Counted from the first letter of the stretch, positions 19,747 to 29,552 are shown. The stretch: DNA of 64,000 nucleotides from Deltaproteobacteria bacterium (GCA_025363655.1 JANYDK010000081.1:29132-93131), one strand, 5' to 3'. A program made the numbers and translations. Notes: generated by a model not told the origin, from the sequence alone.

Positions 19747-21121
19747 TCCGAGCCAGCTCGTCGTAGAGAAACGCCGCGCTCTTGATGCCGAGGTGGAAGT
19801 TCTCGAGGTCGAGCCACTCGTTGGGAGCGTGGGCGTTCTCGTCCGGCTGACCGAAGCCCATCAAGAGGCACGGCTTGCCGGTGACGTCGGCGATGGTGCG
19901 CACGAACGGGATCGAGCCGCCCTCGCGGATGAAGACCGTCGGCTTACCAAACGCCCTGGAAAATGCCCTTTTGGCGATTTCGAAGACGGGATGATCGGTC
20001 GGAGCCAAGTACGGCCGTCCGCCGTGGATGTAGTGGGTCGTGACCTTGACGCCGGCCGGCGCCAGCTTCGCGAGGTGCGCCTCGACCTGCGCAGCGATCT
20101 CTTTCGGGTCTTGATCGGGCACCAGGCGGCAGCTCACCTTCGCGCGCGCGAACGCGGGGATGACCGTCTTCGGGCCGTGTCCTTGCCAGCCCGCCGTGAG
20201 GCCGTTGCACTCGAGCGACGGCCGCGTCCACAGACGTTCGAGCGTGGTGAAGCCGCGCTCACCGACCGCGGCGTGCGTGCCACTGGCCGCGATCCAAGCC
20301 CGTTCGTCGAAGGGAAGCGAGGCGATCTCCGCGCGCTCGGCGTCGGTGAGCGTTCGCACCTTTTCGTAGAAGCCCTCGACGGTGACGTGACCGTTCTCGT
20401 CGTGGAGCGCGGCGAGCATGCGGGCCAAGACGAGCGCCGGGTTGTGCACGCCGCCGCCGAAGCTGCCGCTGTGCAGATCCATCTCGTGCGCCGAGACCTC
20501 GACGTCGAAGTAGGCGATGCCGCGGAGACCGACGCAGAGCGAGGGGATTCCTCGTCCGAACATCGCCGTGTCGCTGACGACCACGTAGTCGGCGGTCAGG
20601 CGCGCCGCCTCGCGTTGCATCAAGTCTTCGAGGTGCACCGAGCCGATTTCTTCTTCGCCCTCGACCAGCATCTTGATGTTGATCGGCACTCGTCCCCGCG
20701 CGCGGACGAAGGCCTCGATGGCGTTGGCGTGGATGAGCACTTGGCCCTTGTCGTCGACGACCCCTCGGCCGTAGAGACGACCCTCGCGAACCTGCGGATC
20801 GAACGGCGGCGAGTGCCAAGCCGGCAACGGATCGATCGGCTGCACGTCGTGATGTCCGTAGATGAGCAGCGTCGGCAGCGCGGGATCGACCTTCCACTCG
20901 GCGTAGGCGGCCGGGTGACCCTTCGTCTCGAGGATCGCCGTCGACGTAGCGCCGAGGGTGGCGAGGTGCGCACGCAGGTGCTCGGCCGAGCGACGCACCT
21001 CTTCAGGGTGCGCGGCGTCCGAGGAAATCGAGGGAATTTTGCACCACGTGACGAGCTCGTCGACGAACCGTTGACGATGGGCGTCGATGAACGTGACGAC
21101 CGGCTCGATGGGATCCGTCAT
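19733..21121 (-). CDS. M20 family dipeptidase
   Basis: YGHHDVQP, GRGVVDDKG, and the EGEEEIGS metal-ligand motif. Trimmed to ATG 21121 (MTDPIEP). Confidence 0.9.
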   Translation of the reverse strand: MTDPIEPVVTFIDAHRQRFVDELVTWCKIPSISSDAAHPEEVRRSAEHLRAHLATLGATSTAILETKGHPAAYAEWKVDPALPTLLIYGHHDVQPIDPLPAWHSPPFDPQVREGRLYGRGVVDDKGQVLIHANAIEAFVRARGRVPINIKMLVEGEEEIGSVHLEDLMQREAARLTADYVVVSDTAMFGRGIPSLCVGLRGIAYFDVEVSAHEMDLHSGSFGGGVHNPALVLARMLAALHDENGHVTVEGFYEKVRTLTDAERAEIASLPFDERAWIAASGTHAAVGERGFTTLERLWTRPSLECNGLTAGWQGHGPKTVIPAFARAKVSCRLVPDQDPKEIAAQVEAHLAKLAPAGVKVTTHYIHGGRPYLAPTDHPVFEIAKRAFSRAFGKPTVFIREGGSIPFVRTIADVTGKPCLLMGFGQPDENAHAPNEWLDLENFHLGIKSAAFLYDELARTTHT

Positions 21122-21196
21122 AGGTTGCGCTGGCTCATACCGCGCTCCCCTCCGGGGGTCGATTCGGCAACCGAGCGGAGCGAGATTGACCGAATC

Positions 21197-21224
21197 GGCC
21201 AAAGTTGCGAAGCAAGCTTTGGCG
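21197..21224. promoter_or_regulatory. 28-nt imperfect palindrome, copy A (GGCCAAAGTTGCGAAGCAAGCTTTGGCG)
   Basis: Identical to 52468-52495. Arms are GCCAAAG/CTTTGGC plus inner TTGC/GCAA. It lies about 75 nt upstream of the M20 start. Confidence 0.5.
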
Positions 21225-21237
21225 AAACGAGAACCAT

Positions 21238-23523
21238 TCAGCGCTTCACCGTGTCTGGATCATCTCCCTTGAGTCGATCGTCTCCATCGACCGTTCGGAG
21301 ATACTTGCGCGCCGCTTTCAGGGCCGCGGCCGAGGGCGAGTCGAGCAGCTGTTCCTCGCGCGAGGGGATGTCGAGCGCCGGCATCTGCACCGTCGGCACC
21401 TCCATCTCGTTGACCTGCGCGCGACCGGTGGTGTCGGCGCGCGGCCGATAGCGCGCCGGCGGGTCGAGAATCTCCGGACGACCGGGCCCCACCGGCGTCG
21501 GCATGCGGAGGAGACCGCGACGATCGGCGCTGCTCTGCGAGACGCGTTCGACCGAGGCCGGCGAGGGCAGTGGAATCCATATCGTAAATATGCTTCCGTG
21601 CTCCGGCGTCGAGGAGACGTCGATGGTGCCGCCGTGGAGCTCGGCGATCGCGCGCGTCATCGAGAGGCCGAGGCCGAGGCCGCCGTGACGACGCGAGCGA
21701 ATCGGCTGACGAAAGGCGTCGAAAATCTGCGCCAGGTCTTTCTCTTGAATCCCGCGCCCCGAGTCCTCGACCTCGATCTTGAGACCCGGCCTGCCGGCAG
21801 CCGGATGACCATGCGCGACCCGCACGCGCACGAGCCCGCGATCGACGAACTTCACCGCGTTGGCGACGATGTTGATGATCGCCTGCGCGAGACGAGGACC
21901 GTCGACGAACATCGGCGCGATGCCGGGATGGAGCTCGCCGACGACGTCGACCTCGGCGCCCTCGGCGGGCGTCAGCTCCGGCTTCGAGGCGGGCTTCTTC
22001 TCCTCGGCGAGCTCGCGACCACGACGGACGATTTGCGCGAGGAGCTCGGTCGGCGACGTCCAATCGCGCGAGAGCTCGAGGCGCCCGGCTTCGATCTTGG
22101 CGGCGTCGAGGATGTTCTCGATCAGCTCGAGGAGCTCGCGACCTCGACGATCGATGATCGAGAGCGACTCCTGCTGCGCGCCGGTGAGCGCGCCTTTCTG
22201 CAGGAGGGTGACGAAGCCGAGGATGCCGTTGAGCGGACTCCGCAAGTCGTGTGACATCGAGGCGAGGAAGAGATCGCGCATGCGCTGGGCGCTCTCACGG
22301 ACGTCGATCACGCGCTGCTTTCCTCGGGCGAATTCGCGAAAACGTTCGGCGACCTCGTCGATGCCGAGGCCGAGCGCAGCGACCGGCTCGTAGCGTGCTG
22401 GAGCGGCGACGCGCGTGATGCCACGGAGGATCTCCTGCGTACCGAGGAGACGCACCTCGCGCGTCGCCAGCCGGAGATCGCGCGCGACCGAGGCGCCGAT
22501 GAAACGACCGACGAGCGCGGCGATGGCAATCGCGAGCGAGACCGCGAGAATGTAGGCCCACGTCGGCGCGGAGCGATCGGTGGTCGGCGAAAAACGGACG
22601 ACCGCGGTGCCGTCGTCGAGCTTGGCCCGCAGCGTTCGAACGCCTCCTTCACCGGGCGTCGAGCCGCTCTCCTGCGCGCTGCCATCGCCCTTGCTGATCA
22701 TCACCTCGAAGCCGTGCTCCTTGGCCGCGGCGATCGCCGCCTCTCGTCCGCGTTCGCCGTAGTACGACTCGATCTCGAGGACGCCGCGCGCGAGCGTGTA
22801 GGCGTCGTCGCGCCGGGCCCGCGTCTCGAACGCGCGCACGTGGGCATGGGCGATGAGCGCGGCCCCGAAGGCGACGAGCCCGACCGGCAAGGCGACGGCG
22901 TAGAGCAGACGACCTTGCACCAGTCCACGCGCGCGAGAGCCGAAAATACGGCGCTTTCGTGGCGCAAAGCCGACGTCGTCGAGACGCTCGCCGTCACGGA
23001 TGACGTCCTCGACGACGCGCCAGGGGAGCGTCTCGATCGCCGTCGCGATCATCGCGCGAGCGACGACGTAGAGCGGCAAAGACACCGCGGCGGTGACGGT
23101 CGCCGTCAGGAGCACGATCGCCGCTTGCGTCTCCCAATCGATGAGCGAAGGACGCAGCTGCGGGATCAGCGTCAACGTCGCCACCGCAATCGCCTGCAAG
23201 ACGAGCTGCATGACCCACGAGAGCGAGAGCTCGTTGAGACGACGGACGAGCCCTTCGTCGGCGGTCGGGAGGTCGACCAGATCTTGCTCGAGGAGCGCGA
23301 GCGCCGGACCGACGGCGCGCATTCGAAACGCCGTCGCGATCGCCGAGAGGCCGAGGACGATCGGATAGGTCCACGCGCTCTCGACGAGGGCCGCCGTCGC
23401 CACCTCGGGCTCGAGGAGGAGAACACCCGGCGCGAGGAGCGCGAGCGCGACGAAGGCCGCGGCGTTGGCCCCGAGCGCGGCCATCTGCAGGCGCACGTGA
23501 AGGCGCGACGCTTGGGTGATCAT
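21238..23523 (-). CDS. sensor histidine kinase, polytopic N-terminus
   Basis: Multiple N-terminal TM helices, H-box SHDLRSPLN, N-box ANAVKF, G1 DSGRGI, G2 GLGLGLS. A roughly 110-aa C-terminal tail follows the ATPase domain. Confidence 0.9.
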   Translation of the reverse strand: MITQASRLHVRLQMAALGANAAAFVALALLAPGVLLLEPEVATAALVESAWTYPIVLGLSAIATAFRMRAVGPALALLEQDLVDLPTADEGLVRRLNELSLSWVMQLVLQAIAVATLTLIPQLRPSLIDWETQAAIVLLTATVTAAVSLPLYVVARAMIATAIETLPWRVVEDVIRDGERLDDVGFAPRKRRIFGSRARGLVQGRLLYAVALPVGLVAFGAALIAHAHVRAFETRARRDDAYTLARGVLEIESYYGERGREAAIAAAKEHGFEVMISKGDGSAQESGSTPGEGGVRTLRAKLDDGTAVVRFSPTTDRSAPTWAYILAVSLAIAIAALVGRFIGASVARDLRLATREVRLLGTQEILRGITRVAAPARYEPVAALGLGIDEVAERFREFARGKQRVIDVRESAQRMRDLFLASMSHDLRSPLNGILGFVTLLQKGALTGAQQESLSIIDRRGRELLELIENILDAAKIEAGRLELSRDWTSPTELLAQIVRRGRELAEEKKPASKPELTPAEGAEVDVVGELHPGIAPMFVDGPRLAQAIINIVANAVKFVDRGLVRVRVAHGHPAAGRPGLKIEVEDSGRGIQEKDLAQIFDAFRQPIRSRRHGGLGLGLSMTRAIAELHGGTIDVSSTPEHGSIFTIWIPLPSPASVERVSQSSADRRGLLRMPTPVGPGRPEILDPPARYRPRADTTGRAQVNEMEVPTVQMPALDIPSREEQLLDSPSAAALKAARKYLRTVDGDDRLKGDDPDTVKR

Positions 23524-25058
23524 ACGCGCACCGGCCGGAAGCTGCCGCTCTCGTCGGCGCGTGAACGCGGGCTCGCCTCGATGCTCTTGACCGGCAAACG
23601 AAGGACGAACGTCGAGCCGACGCCGACCTCGCTCTCGAGGTGGATGGTCCCACCGTGCATCATCGCGAGGCGCCGCGCGATCGCCAGACCGAGCCCGGTG
23701 CCACGACGACGCGCGCGATGATCGCCACCTTGTTGGTACTCGGCGAAGATCGCCTCGCGCTCTTTGGCGGGGATGCCCGGCCCGGTGTCACGCACGCGCA
23801 CCGTCGCGTAGTACGCATCGGCCTCGACGGTGACGACGACCTCGCCCCTGGGCGTGAACTTCACCGCGTTGCCGACGAGGTTGGTGAGGATCTGCCGGAC
23901 GCGACGCGGGTCGCATTTGACGACGCAGCCGGTGGACCCTCCGACACGCAATCGCACTGGTTTTTCCCCGCGAAGGCCGATCGCCTCTCGCACCACCTCT
24001 TCGGCGATGGGCACCAAGTCGGTGGGCGAGCGCGAGAGACGCAGCTGCCCCGACGCGATCGCCGAGAGCTCGAGGATGTCGTTGATGAGCCCGAGGAGGT
24101 GGAGGCCCGACTGCTTGATGACCGCGACCTCTTCGCGCGCCTCGCCGAGGAGCGGACCGTCGACCTCCGAGAGCAGGATGTCGGCGAAGCCGAGGATGGC
24201 GTTGAGCGGTGAGCGCAGCTCGTGGCTGACGGTGGCGAGGAACGTCGAGCGCTCGCGATCGATCTCCTCGATGCGCGCGAGGGCGTCGGCGTAGGTGCGC
24301 TCGGCGAGGGCGAAACGTTCGACCAGTGCGTTGAAGGCAGCGGCGAGCGCGCCGACCTCGTCGAGCGATTGCACGGGAACCACGTCCTGCGCGTGATCGG
24401 TGGATTCACGGCCACGCGCCGCGATTTCGCGCACGCGACGACCGAGATCGTCGACGTCGAGGTTGACGTCGCGTGCCACCGCGTAAGCCACGGCCGCAGC
24501 CACTCCGGTGAGCAGCGCGGTGAGCGTGAAGAGCGCGTAGAGCAAACCACCGACACCTTCGGGCGTGTCGGGCACGTAGATCGCGACCACCACCGCGAGC
24601 GGATGCGGCTTGGTGGGCGCGCCTGGCACCAGCGGCGCGGGCGGCACGTCGTGCACGAAATAGCGAGAATTTCCCTTGCTGGAGACGATCTCGCCCGAGC
24701 CGGCGGCGAGCGCGGTGACGCTCGGCAAGTCGATGGGGATCGCCGAGCTGGCGAGCTCGTCGACGACGAAGCCGTTGCCCTCGAGGAGCCAAATGGTCGC
24801 GCCCGATCGACGCGCGGCGCGATCGAGCAGGTCGTGACGCGCGCCCTCCGGCAGCTCGGAGAGACGCGCGGCGACGGTGCTGGCGACGAGATCGGCACGC
24901 GCAGCCGCGCTGGCGTCGCTCTGCCGTTGCAGCTGACGGACGCCGATGATGCCGATGAGCGCGGCGATCGCGACCCCGAGGACGAGCACCGCGATCGGCG
25001 CCGGCGGCACCAGCGGCCAGGTGCGTCGCCGCTTGATGCCGAGCTCGTCCGAGTTCAC
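23520..25058 (-). CDS. sensor histidine kinase (periplasmic sensor, HAMP-like linker)
   Basis: TM-loop-TM layout, H-box SHELRSPLN, GNAVKF, DTGPGI, GTGLGLAI. GTG start. ATGA overlap with the downstream kinase gene. Confidence 0.9.
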   Translation of the reverse strand: MNSDELGIKRRRTWPLVPPAPIAVLVLGVAIAALIGIIGVRQLQRQSDASAAARADLVASTVAARLSELPEGARHDLLDRAARRSGATIWLLEGNGFVVDELASSAIPIDLPSVTALAAGSGEIVSSKGNSRYFVHDVPPAPLVPGAPTKPHPLAVVVAIYVPDTPEGVGGLLYALFTLTALLTGVAAAVAYAVARDVNLDVDDLGRRVREIAARGRESTDHAQDVVPVQSLDEVGALAAAFNALVERFALAERTYADALARIEEIDRERSTFLATVSHELRSPLNAILGFADILLSEVDGPLLGEAREEVAVIKQSGLHLLGLINDILELSAIASGQLRLSRSPTDLVPIAEEVVREAIGLRGEKPVRLRVGGSTGCVVKCDPRRVRQILTNLVGNAVKFTPRGEVVVTVEADAYYATVRVRDTGPGIPAKEREAIFAEYQQGGDHRARRRGTGLGLAIARRLAMMHGGTIHLESEVGVGSTFVLRLPVKSIEASPRSRADESGSFRPVRV

Positions 25059-25079
25059 GCGAACGCTACGATCGGGAAG

Positions 25080-25883
25080 TCAGTGCGAAGAGAGCTGATC
25101 GATGACGACCTGACGCTCGACGCCGGAGAAGGAGGCGGCGAAGTCGTGGAGCGCATCGGCGAGCGCCGGATCGATCGACTGCTCACCCGCGCCGGGAGTG
25201 GTCTTGGGCGTGGCGCCGAAGTGATCGAATTTCGCCGCGGGAGGCGTGTCGGCCGAGCCATCGCTGCTCGCGGAGTCGGTCTTCGCCGCGTCGGTGGTGG
25301 TCCCGCCGTCGCCGCCACCCCCCGGAATCGCGGGACAGTCGGCGCCGCAGTTCTTCTGCGTGCAGTTGCCGATGGCGAGCGCCTCGGAGACGATCGGATC
25401 GGACGGGCTGCTGACGCCGTACGACGCCGCGCAGCCGAAGAGGCACGTCGTGTCGGTGGTCGAGCCCTTGCAGTCGATGAGGATGCAGAGCGCGAGACCA
25501 CGGCAGCGCACGTCGGCGTCGCACTTGGTGAGCTCGTCCTTGCACTTGGCCTTCGTGCAGTCGTAGCAAGCGCCCGAGGAGCCGCCGCCCTCGAAGACGA
25601 CGTCCGGAATCGAAGCGTCGAAGAGGCTACCGGGCGCGTCGTAGGTCACCGTCGAGTCGACGGCGGGCTTGCTGTCCGGCGCGACGGCGGTGTCCTTGGC
25701 GGAGTCGGCGACGGTGGTGTCGACGCCACCTCCACTGTCGACGGTCGTGCCGGTGTCGGTCGAGGAGGGCGCATCCTCGCTCTTGCCGCCACATCCGGCG
25801 CCGACGGCCGAAACGGCGATGAGCGCACCTGCCCCGAAAGTGACGAGACCGAGCCAAGACCTGCGACGCGAGCTTTCCGACAT
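25080..25883 (-). CDS. Cys-rich lipoprotein
   Basis: Trimmed to ATG 25883, preceded by GAGGAGG. Lipobox present (LIAVSAVGAG|C). Cys-rich core (CYDCTKAKCKDELTKCDADVRC...). It lies 21 nt upstream of the kinase gene on the same strand. Confidence 0.7.
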   Translation of the reverse strand: MSESSRRRSWLGLVTFGAGALIAVSAVGAGCGGKSEDAPSSTDTGTTVDSGGGVDTTVADSAKDTAVAPDSKPAVDSTVTYDAPGSLFDASIPDVVFEGGGSSGACYDCTKAKCKDELTKCDADVRCRGLALCILIDCKGSTTDTTCLFGCAASYGVSSPSDPIVSEALAIGNCTQKNCGADCPAIPGGGGDGGTTTDAAKTDSASSDGSADTPPAAKFDHFGATPKTTPGAGEQSIDPALADALHDFAASFSGVERQVVIDQLSSH

Positions 25884-25910
25884 AGACGCCTCCTCTGCAC
25901 AAGCAAGACT

Positions 25911-25949
25911 GACCAAAAGTTGCGAAGCAATCTTTCGGTGAAACGCGAG
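25911..25949. promoter_or_regulatory. diverged copy C of the palindromic motif
   Basis: GACCAAAAGTTGCGAAGCAATCTTTCGGTGAAACGCGAG shares the 15-nt core AAAGTTGCGAAGCAA and the GAAACG.GAG flank with copy A. It lies 27 nt upstream of ATG 25883. Confidence 0.45.
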
Positions 25950-26080
25950 TTGAACCGCGGTTCACTCTACCCGTCGGAAGCTCCAGGGGAAGAGGCTCGG
26001 CCGTTCTCCGCGGAACTTTCGTGCCCTCGAGCAAGGCGGGGATTTTCAAACGGGGGTTCGTCTGTCAGGGTTCACCACCC

Positions 26081-28462
26081 ATGCGCTTCCTCCGCTTGCT
26101 ACGCGCCGCTCCCCTTTTCCTCGCCCCCGTCGTCGTCGTCGCTTGCTCCTCGAAGAGCGACTCCGCCCAGCCCGTCGACTCGGGCGTTGGTGGCGACACC
26201 AACGACGCCGGCACCGTCGCCTTCACCGCGCGCTGGGAAATCCCCGAAACCGGCGCACCCGACTTCCTCCAAGTCCCCTTCCCGAGCGACCTGCACCTGG
26301 CGGCCAACGGCACGATCGTCCTCGAGCCTGGCGCCGCCGACGACGTGCGCGGGCTCTCGCGCATCCTTCCGCGCACCAACGGCGCCAAATACATGCGTGA
26401 TGCGCTCGCGCACACAGTTGGATTCGGTCCTTATGCAGGTGCGCTCTTCGAGATCGTCGGCGGCAGCGTCGATGCGAGCAAGCTCCCGACCGGTCAGAAG
26501 GGCGACTGCACGACCAAAGATTCGCCCGTCTTCTTCTTCGACCTCGACGCTGGGCAGGCGCTCGAGTGCATCGCCGGTTACAACGACGACTCGGTCTTCG
26601 GCGAGAAGGCCGGCGACGATGGACCGCTCGCCAAGGTGCTGACGGTGCGCACCGCGCGCGGGGTCGTGGTGCCCGAAGGTCACAAGGTCGTGGCCATCCT
26701 CACGAGCGGCGTCGTCGATGCCAAGGGTGCGCCGCTCGCCGCTTCCGACAAGTTCGTGGCGGTGCGCGACTGGCCGAACCAGACGGGTGGCAAAGCGCCG
26801 TATCGCGCCGCCATCGACGCGGTGATTGCCAAGCTCGGTATCGACAAGACCCGCATCGTCGCCGCCGCCACGTACACGGTCGGTCACGTCACGGACGAGC
26901 TGCGCGCCGCCCGTGAGCTCGCGCGTGCGACGGCCGTTCCCACGTTGAAATGGGGCAAGGACGACGTCGCCCCCGTCACGCCGGCGCGCTTCACCGCGAC
27001 GAGCCCGCTGCCCACCGGTTGGAACGCGACGCTCGACGACTACTTCGGCACGCCGAACAAGCTCGCCTCCGGCAAGGACGATCCCGATTGGGGCGGCACC
27101 AATCCCGGCATCGCGCACGACGCCATCGGCGCGTTCGGCGTCGCTGCTTTCGATGCGCCCAACTTCCTCCTCGACAAGGGCGGCGACTACGGCGACCCCG
27201 AGCACGCGACCTTCTTCCACGCGGCCGACGGCAAAGTGGCGATCAATCCGGCGAAGCCGACGGCGAAGATCTGGGTCACGTTGGTGGTCCCCAAGGGCAC
27301 GATGCCGACGGCTGGCTGGCCGGTCGTCGTCTTCCAGCACGGCATGGCCGGACAGCGCGGCGACGCGCTCGCCATCGCCAACACGCTCGCGTCGCACGGC
27401 TGGGCGATGGCCGCGATTGAAGTGGTCGGCCACGGTACACGCGGCTTCGACGGCGTCGCGCGCGGCGACAAGAAGAGCGACTACAAGCGTTCGACCGCGA
27501 AATACACGGGCCCCGACGGCTTCTCCGATCGCAGCGCCGACGGCAGCAACTCGCCCCCCAACGCGCTCTTCGGCGAGCTCTACCGCATCGCCGCGATGCG
27601 CGATCAATTCCGTCAGTCGGCCCTCGATCACACGACGTTGCTCCGGCTCCTCAAGAGCTCACCCAAGCTCGACGGCCTCGCCGATGGCGGCGTCACGCCG
27701 ATGATCGACGGCAGCAAGGTCGCGTACATCGGCGACTCGCTCGGCGGCATCGTCGGCTCGATCACCGCCGGCATCGAGCCCGATCATGCGGCCTACATCC
27801 TCGACGTGCCGGGCGGCGGCATCTTCATCGATCTCGCCACCAACTCGCCCAACATCTACGGGCTCCTCCGCGGCGCGGGCTCGCTCTTCTTCGGCTATCA
27901 ACACACGCAGCTGCCGCCGTGGCACCCGATGGTGCACCTCATCCAGCACGTCTTCGACGGCGGCGATCCGACGGTGGTGGCGCAGACCGCGATGCACCCG
28001 GTGCCGATCGCCGGCGCCACCCCGAAGGCGCGCAACATCCTCATGCTCGAAGTGCTCGCCGACGAGCTCGTCGCCAATCCGGCCACCGAAGGGCTCGCGC
28101 GCTCGATCGGCGCCTCGCTGATCACGCCGCACCACACGCCGCTCTTCGCCACGCTCGCCGAGGCCGATGGCGCGGCCGGCGTGCACGACGTGCCCGTCGC
28201 CGGTTCGACTGCGGCGCTGATCCACGTCTTCCCCGCGCAACACGGCGGCGAGATGCTCGACAAGACGGGCACGCGCTCGTTCGCTTGGCCGACCGCGAAG
28301 TTCGGCGACCCGTCGCAGGAGCCGTTCCCCAAGCTGGCGACCGACGCCAAATTCGATCAGCCCTACCTCGAGCTGCAGGACGCCGTGATGAAGTTCATCG
28401 GCGACGCCTTCGACGGCAAGGTGCCGACGGTGACCTGGACGAAGGCGCCCGGAAACCCCTGA
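26081..28462 (+). CDS. alpha/beta-hydrolase-like lipoprotein (putative secreted lipase/esterase)
   Basis: Trimmed to ATG 26081 (MRFLRLLRAAPLFLAPVVVVA|C). GDSLGG nucleophile elbow and FQHGMAG. Confidence 0.7.
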   Translation: MRFLRLLRAAPLFLAPVVVVACSSKSDSAQPVDSGVGGDTNDAGTVAFTARWEIPETGAPDFLQVPFPSDLHLAANGTIVLEPGAADDVRGLSRILPRTNGAKYMRDALAHTVGFGPYAGALFEIVGGSVDASKLPTGQKGDCTTKDSPVFFFDLDAGQALECIAGYNDDSVFGEKAGDDGPLAKVLTVRTARGVVVPEGHKVVAILTSGVVDAKGAPLAASDKFVAVRDWPNQTGGKAPYRAAIDAVIAKLGIDKTRIVAAATYTVGHVTDELRAARELARATAVPTLKWGKDDVAPVTPARFTATSPLPTGWNATLDDYFGTPNKLASGKDDPDWGGTNPGIAHDAIGAFGVAAFDAPNFLLDKGGDYGDPEHATFFHAADGKVAINPAKPTAKIWVTLVVPKGTMPTAGWPVVVFQHGMAGQRGDALAIANTLASHGWAMAAIEVVGHGTRGFDGVARGDKKSDYKRSTAKYTGPDGFSDRSADGSNSPPNALFGELYRIAAMRDQFRQSALDHTTLLRLLKSSPKLDGLADGGVTPMIDGSKVAYIGDSLGGIVGSITAGIEPDHAAYILDVPGGGIFIDLATNSPNIYGLLRGAGSLFFGYQHTQLPPWHPMVHLIQHVFDGGDPTVVAQTAMHPVPIAGATPKARNILMLEVLADELVANPATEGLARSIGASLITPHHTPLFATLAEADGAAGVHDVPVAGSTAALIHVFPAQHGGEMLDKTGTRSFAWPTAKFGDPSQEPFPKLATDAKFDQPYLELQDAVMKFIGDAFDGKVPTVTWTKAPGNP

Positions 28463-28572
28463 CCGCGACAGGCGCCGCGCGAGGTGTGCCGACGGTTGCC
28501 ACCTCGCGAGGCTGATTTTCCGAGATTTTTCGAAATTTCCCGACTGGTCCGAGAGATGCTCTGGTCTGGCGC

Positions 28573-29523
28573 ATGATCGTGCGCCCCGCTTGGCTTCTCG
28601 GCTCCTCGCTCCTCTTCGTCGCCTGCGGAGGCTCGGTCTCCAGCTCCGGCACGCCTGATTCGGCGACGCCAGATTCGGGAACGACAGACACGCTCGTCGC
28701 CGTCGTCGACACCGCGGTCGCCATCGACACGGCCATTCCCAGCGAACAAAAGCTCCTCTTCGAGGCCAGCTACGTCAACTACGCGTGGGGTTTCACGTAC
28801 TCGGGCATCTACGTCAACGCCGCCGGCGAGGTCTGGAGCTACCAGTCGAAGGATGGCGCGCCACGCGATCCGAGCCTCGAGGTCTCGGTCAAAGCGAGCA
28901 TGACCGAGGCCGAAATCACGGCAAAATACGCCTCGTCGGCGAAGCTGCTCACCACCGTCCCGAAGGACGTCCTCCTCGCCAAGCTCGCCTCGGCACGCGA
29001 AGCCGAACGTGGCGCGCTCACTGAGTCCGGCAACTGCGCCGACTACGGGGTCATCACCTACGTCGCCTGGCGCTACGATCCGGGGAGCGGTCAGTACGCA
29101 CCGACGCGACTCGGCGCCGACGGCGATGCGGCGAGCCGCAACTCCTCGCCGAGCGCGGAGGTGGTCGTCGAGTGGCTCGCGAGCCTGACCGGTCGTGAAC
29201 GCACGTGCAAGCTCGAGACGATCAACTGCACCGGCTCTGGCTGCAGGCTCAGCGAGTGCAAGCCGGGCTCTGGCCAAGTAAGCGCGTGCGACGGCACCTG
29301 CGTGGTCGCCGGACGTTGCGACAAAGTCTCTTCGTGCAGCGTCTGCCAGAAGCCGTACCAAGTCTGCGTCGTCGACGACGTGGGCGACGCGCACTGCACC
29401 TACGGCGCCAGCGACATGCCCGTCACTTGTGCGACCGAGGGCGATCGACTCTGCGCCGGCGGCGCCAGCTGGTGCTCGGGCAGCGCCGATGCGGGCTTCC
29501 TCTGCCACAAATTCGTACACTGA
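28573..29523 (+). CDS. lipoprotein with Cys-rich C-terminal module
   Basis: Lipobox LLFVA|C. The last 100 aa or so carry about 19 Cys. Confidence 0.65.
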   Translation: MIVRPAWLLGSSLLFVACGGSVSSSGTPDSATPDSGTTDTLVAVVDTAVAIDTAIPSEQKLLFEASYVNYAWGFTYSGIYVNAAGEVWSYQSKDGAPRDPSLEVSVKASMTEAEITAKYASSAKLLTTVPKDVLLAKLASAREAERGALTESGNCADYGVITYVAWRYDPGSGQYAPTRLGADGDAASRNSSPSAEVVVEWLASLTGRERTCKLETINCTGSGCRLSECKPGSGQVSACDGTCVVAGRCDKVSSCSVCQKPYQVCVVDDVGDAHCTYGASDMPVTCATEGDRLCAGGASWCSGSADAGFLCHKFVH

Positions 29524-29552
29524 ATCACGCGCGCCGCGCTACCGTCGTCAGC

